From Azolla caroliniana (Eukaryota > Plantae > Polypodiophyta), in assembly GCA_043228905.1 (NCBI GenBank), contig JBHGNT010000009.1, positions 3,286,001 through 3,350,000 of the forward strand: DNA of 64,000 nt, read 5' to 3'. Under the pieces are notes generated by a model, which saw only the letters and a list, made by a program, of their open reading frames with translations, made no database searches and was not told where the DNA came from. Shown piece after piece: positions 53,964-64,000 of the stretch (its first letter is position 1; each line of letters starts with the position of its first letter). The position numbers and the translations under genes are program-made.

Positions 53964-55193
53964 TAATCCAAGAGAGAGAGGACAAACGCTAACTGAGTGG
54001 ATAAGGTAATGGAATGGATAGATCACAAAAATCAGATATGAGAGGTCGAATTTGGGGTATCTTTAACTGATACGTTGAGGGCCTTAATCGATCTACCTGC
54101 AATAACAGAGAGGAAAGTAAAAAAAGGACGAATTGGAAAAGAGAAGAACGGAAGAAATGATGAGTAACAGAAGGGAATATAGAAAATAGGTGAAATTGAT
54201 GTAGAGAAGAGGGAGAAGAGAATAAGAATGAGCGCGAACTCCACTTAGAGTAGAGAAAGAAATAAGATGTTGCAGGAACATTAAATGTCAGCTGCTTTAA
54301 TCTCCGCTGAGAGAAGAAAAAGAGTACAAAGAATCTGATGAAACATGTGCAAAATGTTCCGAAAGGAAACATGAAACCGTAAACACAAAACAGCAGATGA
54401 AGGGGAAAATCAGAAAAGATGAAGTGTGAGAGTTAAGACAGAAGACATAACATGCAGTTGCAAAAGCCTCGAAATTTTGACTGAACATATGCTTTCAAGT
54501 TAAGGGAGAGATTGAAACAAAGAGTCTGATAAACGTTGTGTCAGAAGAACATTAGAATAGTGAAGGAATTAATTTTTCTGTACCAGAAACACAGAAGAAG
54601 AAAGCCTGAGCTGGGATCGGCGCAGGTGACTCAAATTTCCACTTATTCACTCTGTGTGGATGAGTGAGAAGCAGACCGACGAAAATAGAAAACCAGGAAG
54701 ACGCACATACCATTGCAACAAATCCCCATTTTGAATTGAGATTCACTCAGAGGAATACGAAGAAGAAGAATCTGATGAAATCTATAACAGAAAGAACAGA
54801 AGAAAACTAGGCGAGGAAATAGAAGAAGTGACCTGCCATTTCGATGAGTGTAGAAACAATCGCAAAAGCTTCAACTTTCACTGATTCACTTTTTTCTGCA
54901 GAGATGGAAGACGAATCAGAAGAAGAATGGAACAAGAGGAATTTCATGAAACCTGGGCAGAAGAAGAAGAAGAAGCGAGGAAGAATCAGAAGCAGTGCCT
55001 CAAATTTCAACTGTGATTCACTCTCTGAGAAGAAAGAGGCAGAAGAAGGGGGGGGGAAGGAAGAAGGATCTGACAAAACCTGCACCAAAGATTGTACAGG
55101 AACAAAATAAAATAAAATAAAACCTAACTTCATGAAAAAGAAGACAGCTAGACTGATCAAATGCAGTACATATAAAGCAAGAACATAGACAGA

Positions 55194-55196
<3 letters not shown>

Positions 55197-55240
<44 letters not shown>

Positions 55241-55451
55241 AAATTGGCAATGGTGGTAATAACTTACAAAGGGAAGGCGCGATGCAGTGGCGATGGCTGC
55301 ATTTGTGAAGAAAAACGGAAGCTCGGTGGGCAGCTCATACGCGTGGGGGGGGGGGGGGGGGGGGGGGGCAGGAAAGGTAGTTTCTTCTTCTTCCTCCACT
55401 TTCTGAACTTTCTGATCAGGCGTTGGTTTATTTTAGGGTTTACACAGACAG

Positions 55452-55498
<47 letters not shown>

Positions 55499-55612
55499 CA
55501 AAAAGAGATCAGTGAGAGCGAGCAGCTTCTGCGAGTGGTGGGGGAGGGGCTTCTCGAACACGCTCTCTCTCTCTCTCTCTCTACTCTCTCTCTCTACTTT
55601 CTCTCTCCCTCT
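55197..55612. repeat. (GA)n/(CT)n microsatellites and a poly-G run around the ARF 5' end
   Basis: (AG)n at ~55197-55237 and ~55459-55496, G run 55345-55368, (CT)n from 55563. Confidence 0.9.
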
Positions 55613-55867
55613 CTCGGACATCTGTTTGTAGTCAGTCAGTCCAGCAAAATAAAACAAATAGTTTGCTTTTAGCTTTTCATTTTTAAATTTTCTTTTCTAC
55701 ATACTTTCTCGCAGCAACCAACAAAAAGGAAAAAGGAAAAAGGAAAAAGGAAAAAAACAAAAAAAGGAATTGTTTTTCATTTTTTTAAGGAAACAAAAAG
55801 AAAAGAACTGAAAATAATAATAATAATATCTCGACAACTCTGTTTTGATTTAATTTTTTTTAATATT

Positions 55868-55904
<37 letters not shown>

Positions 55905-56451
55905 TTCTTTTATGTTTTGTTTTTTCTTTATTTGTTTGCTTTTTGATTGTTCTTTTTCATTTTGGATATTTATTTTAATAAGAGTTATTTAAAAGAAAGT
56001 ACGTAGGAAAAAATCCATTCCGGTCCGTCCGGGGCTCTCGGGGGTCTGTGCATTTACCGACACGTACTTTTTTTGCTTTCCTTTCCAACCCCCCAACTTA
56101 TCTGGAAAGTGACCCGCCCTTCCGGTAAAACATTTTATTGGCCCCACATCTTCACATCTATGTTTTTCCACACTCACCGGAAATATGTCTCTCTTGTCCA
56201 CCGGCACACAACACATTGAAGCCCTTTGTTTTACAAGTCAAGGAAACAAAAATACCCCACACGGGAAGAAAAAAAAAAAACCCCAATTTTTTATCGCAGT
56301 ATTATTTTATTTCAACCTATATTGGTTTGGTACTATGTCCATTATAAATATATATATATATATATAAGCAAATGCATTTTTATTATTTTGTGCATGTCTT
56401 TTTTAAGGTTTCCAAAAAACAGACTTGTAGGCCCCATCTGGGCTTTTATTG

Positions 56452-56487
<36 letters not shown>

Positions 56488-56491
56488 AAGA

Positions 56492-56525
<34 letters not shown>

Positions 56526-59500
56526 AAGGCTAGTGTTTTGAAATTCATAATTTCCGACGTCACCCCCATGTTTTTAGGTTGCATATGTTTTGTGTTGTTG
56601 TCCGGCCCCTTCCGTCTCTGTTTTGTCTCCATGACAAGCATTGGCAGGCATCATGTACCCATGTGTTTGTTTCGTGGAATATTTTTGTTCGCTTGCTTCA
56701 TTGACTCTATTTCCTTCCCCACGCTTGAAATTTACCGGACTCTTTGTAGATGAAGAAAGACCGGTGAAGCTCTCTGCTATAGTTGAAAGAAAATTTGTTT
56801 ACCCGTTCCTGATGGATTGCTCTCCCTTTCGTCGTCATTTCCAATTTCACCCTTCAATAATTCAGTTGTTGTTTTAAGTGAATGAGGCCCATCTTTGTCC
56901 CCAACTTTGCATAGCATTCAATGTTCATCTACAACGTGAACTTCTTTCTACCCACAAGTTCTGGAGGACTACAAAACCAGACGTTTGAGGATGACCATGT
57001 ATTAGTTTCTTTGTTGTGTTGATCGTCTTGGTTGGCCTAACATAGGCCAAGAGACAATGATGTGAGGCATGCTTGCATGGCATTGGAAACCTAAGTGATA
57101 TTATGTTCTTTTTCAGCTAAAACTATGAAGATTCTAACAATTGCTCTCATGTAGATCAATATCTACGTCAGTCATTGCATAAAACAAAATTTTCTTCAAT
57201 TTTACATACATCAAATGATGTTCATATTGAAATATATTGATTGATATATGAGCATTTCCATAAGCTTTGGCGCATACCTAAATTCATCTTTATCCCAAAA
57301 AACTATCATAAATAACACATATATCCAACATCAATTTTCTCCTCGGAGATCATTATAATTGTTTCCATATGCATTCCACCCTAATTTGTTAAGCACCTAT
57401 GATTATTGGCCATATATTCAGGTAAGTTATCAACTCAACCCATTACTTCTATCTTGTGATAGAGTCAAGACGTACTCAACCAATGAAAGTAAATTTAACT
57501 TGAGTAATTAAATCTACTTGGTGGTAAAGTCAATAGTTAGACCGTAGCAAGAAAGGTTAAATGTTTCTAGTAAGGTTGTGGATGGTCACCCCCACCCATT
57601 GAGCCTCTCAACATTGAAATGTACATGATTCTCCTAGATTCACTCTTTAATATTGACTATCTACCTTTTTATCTCCACGTGGATGGTTAATTGTGAAGGG
57701 AAAGGGGAAATTTATAGAGTAGTTTTTTTTCCCGTGACAACCAAAGGATTAGCCAAATACATGGTCGGGCAAGGGTCATGAGATAAACATTCCCCTCAAC
57801 CATCACATCCTTGTGAGGGATGAAAATAACCCCTTCATGTTTTCCTAAAACTAAGGAAGAGGGATTTCTTGATGTTTGAGGGAAATAGTCATACCATTGT
57901 GAACACATGCTACTCATTTTCAATTTGGAGATTAAGATCGTGAATACTAAATCATTCAAAGCATTGGAAAACTAAGAATTGTATTGTACTCTCTAAACAA
58001 ATGTTAAGAATTCAATTAAAATTTGCATGCATATGATAAAATGCTTCCCTAATTTTCTATGTGTGGATCATTGTCGAGTTAATAAACATGTTTGTCAAAA
58101 ATTGTGGGGCCAAACTTTTAGATTTTCAATCATGTGAACATTTGGAACTTGTCATCTGAATAGGCATGGCCAATGGTCGATTATATGTTCATTATTAGCG
58201 TGCTTGATTGTCCCGCTTTACATGCAACCAATGTTTGTCAGCCACCATAACCAGAGCCTTCCGTGTATCGAAATATATCTTGTGGTTTCATCAAAGACAT
58301 ATTAAAGGTGTCTTCATAGGGAGACAATCAATAAAACACTGTTCATATCAAATCATACCCTTTTCATATCAAATCATGTGCTTTTCATATAGCTTGTCCC
58401 CTTTTCACATCAAATCATCTATAGTGGATTTCATCAAATAGCACATGGAAGTGAATGAACGCAGTAGGAATGCCCAATGTGCAAAGATGGAAGGATAACA
58501 AACAAGTCCCTCCTAGAAAGTAGGTGTAGCCCCCTCTCTTATTCAAAGAAAATTAATTTAAAACAAACTATGTGATGGGAACACTTGATCTACGTAATAA
58601 TTTACACGTTGCTTGGTTCCATACTCTAAAATGTTGATGGCCAAACTACCGCTACATATTGCATAGTATTAATTGTTGTATCGAACACAATATTATGCAT
58701 TATTATACTCCAAAGAGTTTCTTGAATGATTGAATCGTGCCCATGAATAATTCCTTACCTCAACGGCGCTTCATTCGACCAATGTGGGAAAGGATGAATA
58801 ATTGAAGGTGCTCTCAATAGGAGCTTTGCAAATAAATTGAACACTATTTTTTTATATTTGTGATACAATCGTGTCTTTGTCCATATGAAATGACCTTAGT
58901 TTGCATTTGAAACATGTTGCAAGATATAGTCATATTTGACAAGGGCCAAAAAGACCATATTGATATTGTCATGTTTGAGAAACCACATGCTTGTTGAAAT
59001 ATGTATGAAGTGCACCCCATTTACAAAAGTTGTTGAAGGTCTTAAACCAGCTTCCCAATCATTGCCTAGTCATTCATAATGCAAAGATTGCATGATATGT
59101 TTGATATACTCGTGGTAATAAGCTAGGGATTTCAAGGTATGCAAAAAGAGGGTCTAATTCAACAAAGCTTAGCATAAAAGTTTTTTTTTGTAATATTGAA
59201 GGAATGTACAATGTAGTTGGAGAAGCATAATAAAAGCTTTGCATAAAGGAGTTTTTTGTTGGTTGGATTGAATTACTTAAGAAAATCACATATGTTCATG
59301 CACTAGAAAAATAGTCGTCTATAATTAATTGGCAAACAACCCTCGCATGATACACTACGTGGTTAATATGATGATCTGCAGGGTTCAATTGATGTTCTAT
59401 GGCAACGTCAAGTAGCCTTTAAGAAACGATGGCAAGGGCGTCACTTATTTTTGGATACAACTTCTGGTCTGAGGTGGAATTATGCCATACCTTTTTTTTT

Positions 59501-60556
59501 GTTACATAGCTCGTAGTTTTTGCTCCACTTGTTTCTTATATGATATCATCCGTTTGATTAGATGTTGGTATTAGCCTTTGTATCACAATAGAAGTGAGAT
59601 GAAATGTCTCCTTTTGTTTTCTATACATACATTTCTCAAGTAATATACTAAGGTGTATCTTTCTTTAATAAATAAATAAATAACCCTCACATGATACATG
59701 AATGTCCAATGCCTATGATATAAACTTGTCATGCCCTTCCTAGAGGGGATTTGGCAATAAGAAGTCATCAGGTAAGCACATTTGTGGTTCAATGCCCATG
59801 GTCTTGTAATCACCCTCAAGAAACTACAATAGATGAGTCTTGATCCATGTTACATATAAATCCATACACCGTGGGGAAGCTTTCAAGATATTCAAAGTTG
59901 CCATGATTAGAACTAGAGTTCTTGTCCCTTGAATCATGCCTTGACCCAAATTAAAGCATCCTTTTGATCTTCAATGAAAAACATGCCTTCAAGCCATCTC
60001 ATGCGTGTCTTTCCTTTCTAGTTTCATTGGCTCTCATTTGATAAGATCGTCGAGACAGGTGACCTAGTGATAACGTGACACCAAAGAAATCCTTGCCACT
60101 TGTAAATATGCACCTTATAACAAATGTAAAGCATCTTAATCGATGTGTTGTCAATATTAGATCCCCTTCTCATCGTAAGTGCACAAACTAACTCTCGTGC
60201 ATACCTAGTCCTTACATTCACACATTGTTAGACAAGTCTTTCTTCATTGCCTCTCATGGATTAAGCCTATAACAAAACATGTAAAGTTGCAACAATGGTC
60301 GAGATGAGTTCAAGAAATTGAAAGAGATATGGAGATAACATATAGTGGTTATCAAGGATAGTGATGGTTTTAGGTAGAGTTGGTACAAGAAGATCCAAGT
60401 TATCGTTGCATATGCTCATTAGAACTCTATAATAACCCATACCCACATTCATCATTTTCAACATAAAATGTCATATAGAGAATATAATCATTGTTATTAT
60501 TTCGCTACAATGTCTCAACAGCCCTAAATGTTTAAAAATGTCTACGCTTCGCAAAC

Positions 60557-60953
60557 CATTGGTATGCCACGACCCACATTAGGGAAGAAACACAATAAAG
60601 TACTATATCCACTTTAAGAAAAAAACGTTGCGAAAAGTAATGGAAAAGGAAACCATGGCTAGAGTTTCCTTTTTGCATTAGTAGTTGGACATATGTACGG
60701 TAGTGCTACCCATTGAGGCAAAGGCTTTAACTATTGGTTAAAAAATGGTTACACTTCTCAACTCATTGGTATGCCACGATCCACGCTACAGAAGAAACAC
60801 AACAATGTACTATATCCACTTTAAGAAAGAAAGAAAGGTTGCAAAAAGTAATAGAAAAGGAAACCATGGTTTGGAGTTTTCCTTTTTCATTAGTAGTTGG
60901 ACGTATGTACATCCGTGCCGTGCTATGCATTGAGGCAAAGGCTTTAACTATTG
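60557..60953. repeat. ~207-bp tandem duplication
   Basis: cattggtatgccacga...gtactatatccactttaagaaa...cattgaggcaaaggctttaactattg at 60557 and 60764. Confidence 0.9.
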
Positions 60954-63900
60954 TACAACATGAATTATTATTGCAATTTTTTCATAATCATATGCCTCAT
61001 AATTACTAAAGGAATAAATACATTTTAATATATGAACACAATGGTACTCTTTCATGACCATGAGGCCCTAGTATATATGAACAGACATAAATACCTAATG
61101 CGGCAAGATAAAGGCATGAGGGTATACATTGGATGAAGGGGTGCACATACTCTATAGACCGAAGGATAAGTCTGAGCTTTGACATATTCTATTCCAAAAC
61201 GATCAATCAACATCCAGTGTTGCAATCCTTACGAAGGAGGCAATGTATGCATATATTTGTTGGTGATTGAATATGTATGCAAAGACTATATGTGAGATAG
61301 GTTGTGTAGGAATTCTTATATTGTATTTCAGTATGGGAGATATATGTCTTCAACCTTCTAGTCATACTACTCTCAAAAGGGTCTGAATGATACGCTCTTG
61401 CCGACGATGCCCCTCTCGAAACCTTCCAAGTCTCTCGATCGATTTTTTGCATTGGTAAAACATGTGAAGCAAGATCTTATTATCATGCTTGGAAAAGAGA
61501 AGACTTCTAGTTGACGTGACTACTCGGTTAGGCATGTTTCAAAGTATATATATAAAAATTGTAAAGCAGAGTATGTTTCCATTGAGGAGCCGTTCCTACT
61601 CCACAATGGAAAGTTAATGCAAACAAAACTCATAATTTTTGTCACTTTATTTCGGTTGGAAAGTTAGTTGTCTTCTACCATTTCACATGCTCTCTCTCTC
61701 TCTCTCTCTCTCTCTCTGCGTTGCCACACCATAACGGAGATCTTCTCGAAGACAGCCATAGCCAGCTTTACACGAATCTCATCTATCTTTCGCCCTTCTT
61801 TCTCTGTGCTCTTCCTTTCTGTCTCTGCGCTTTTCTTTCGTCTTCTCTTTCTGTCTGTCTTCTTATTACTGTAAAAACTTTTCCTTTGCCATTTTAGCTT
61901 TTCTTTTACATTTGCTGTGGACGTGGGAAGCATATAATTATAGCCCTCATGCCAGTCCAATATCACTGTCTGTACATAATATATTATGTTAATAGTACTC
62001 CACGTTTCTAAAAATAATGTAGTTTCTAAACATAATGCCCGCCATAGATGACAATATTTGGTCTACGTATTTTGGTCCATGTGACTGCGATATTCTGGAT
62101 GGGTTTTATGGCACTCTTGTGGTCTCAATTTGTCCCCATGATCCCATATAGGTGTGGGCCATTGGAACTGATATGAATTCGATGTCAATTTCAGTTGGTG
62201 CATCAAAACTTGCAATTGTTGTATGATTCTCAATTGGTATCAAATGGCCCTCGTCATAATCTCGACGTGGTTGGGGCCATTCGAATAGGTGAGAGCCTGA
62301 TCCAACGCCTAATGTGTTCTCAATTGCTAAATACTAATAAGACACATGATCCTAATGTGCTCCTAGTGGTTGAAACTTTGCAATATCAAACAAATGGTCA
62401 ATATATGATTGTTGGCCAACTATGTTTCATTGGTGGCCAAGGCTTATCAACCATTTGCTTCATGGACAATTGTATTGTTTAGAAACAATGCGCTTCACCC
62501 ATGAAAGCCAAAAAAGAAATCCCTAAAGAGATATGCCTTGCTATTATAAAATCATAAGATATACAAATGTTGTGTTGGATAAAGGAGTATACCAACCAAC
62601 TCCATTGTGCTCACATCGTAGCCGATTTGATGTGTATATACAAGAACTACACGTATTTGTAAACTGTATCTCCAAGATTTTATGGTCTACTCCTCCCAAA
62701 CTGTAATTGAGCATGCAATGTAACCTATACCACCAATATTTGTAGCAATAGAGTCCATAAACAAAGTTAGTAGACATTGTTTACCAAAATGACAGGAACA
62801 ATATACATCCATATTATGTGACATTTTCACCCATGAAAGCCAATTCCTTGAGTAGTTCATCAATTAATAATAAAATCCCATCAAAACATATCGAAGCTCC
62901 TTGTTGTATTATTTGCTCACTAGTGCAAACATTTCCATAGGACTATATCATGTCATATTAAGAAACAATCCTTATTCTCTTGACAAAGAAGACCAGTGGA
63001 CACCTAGAAGAGCTTCATCCTCAAATAGTTTCCTTGATTAAGAATAAAATCCTCTATACGAACTTGGAGACTCGAGGAAACTTCTCATATCAACGTGCTT
63101 ACACAATAATGGGATAGTTTGGTACTAGTCCAAATCATGTATGACCAAGCAACAACCCATGGACGCTCCAATATAAGACATGACCAAGGAACATCATTGT
63201 GTTCATTGTTAGACAAGGCTAGCACTCAGAACTACATGACGTGCTTTTAGGAGCATAAACACTCCCATGTGAGACGAAATCATGTTTGACCAAGCCACAA
63301 TCCTTGTTCCATCCATAGACAAATCTTGCTTGTCAATTACATGTTATTTGATGTTGATGAGGCACATGCCAACTCTCTCTCAAATAATGCACACCCTCTC
63401 GATTTACAATGATCTTATTTATGGATACATGGGTCCACGCGCATTCCATGTCTTAGCCCACTAGTAACTACGAAATAAACATGTACACATGTATGCATTC
63501 ATCATTGATTATAGAGAGAGTTTTCTTATCTCAATGCTTCGTAACATGACTTTAACATGCTTGATCTTAAACGTGACTTACATTTTTGTGATGCTTGGAA
63601 CATAAATCAACATATCCCTTTGTTTCAACACTGGCTCCCAAAAATATGCCTACGTACTAGGCTAGATTCGTAGGCTTCCAACGGCCTACCGGTTACAATC
63701 CGATTCGGCTCTCTGATCCCCGATCTGGCTCTCCTATCCAACTCTGGCTTATTCAATCGATCCGGATCCGGTTGAGCTTGTTCACTCAACATGTTGTGCA
63801 GTCATTGGGCTTGACTTCACACTGTTTTGCTCTTGTATAGTCGATGTGTCATCGGTCCTAGTTTTTAGCTTTCATGTACCTCGATGTACATTCCATTCAT

Positions 63901-64000
63901 ATTGTGGATGAAAATGTGCATGTCGTCTGTGCACGATTTGAAAACCACCAATAGTATCTCGGGCATTCAAATTTATCACAAGCAATTTCTTATTTCTTGA

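Noticed and set aside
61664-61966. Gene-like CT-rich island and a 100-aa K/R/E-rich ORF
   Set aside because: Low complexity; no identifiable exon chain or miRNA hairpin found by eye.

Overview
Nuclear DNA of a land plant, probably a seed-free plant such as a fern (inferred from the MPGP start of the class C ARF and the general gene and repeat style). Eight protein-coding genes can be reconstructed, six with GT-AG introns: a BOI/SBP-type RING E3 ligase (+), a plastid-type TPR protein (-), two intronless histone H2B genes in divergent orientation, a PP2C (-), a VOC/glyoxalase-like protein (-), a cytosolic HSP70 (-) and a class C auxin response factor (-). Between them lie a decayed L1-type LINE, LTR/copia remnants, a tRNA-related short repeat family and many local tandem duplications. 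The most notable observation is in both H2B 3' UTRs. Although otherwise diverged, each keeps a 6-bp stem/4-nt loop hairpin (GGUGUU-UNUN-RACACC, A-rich 5' flank, AC 3' flank) 38 or 59 nt after the stop codon. This is the geometry of the metazoan/algal histone mRNA stem-loop bound by SLBP, generally considered absent from land plants. A second, covarying hairpin covers both stop codons. All calls were made by eye; no database searches were run.
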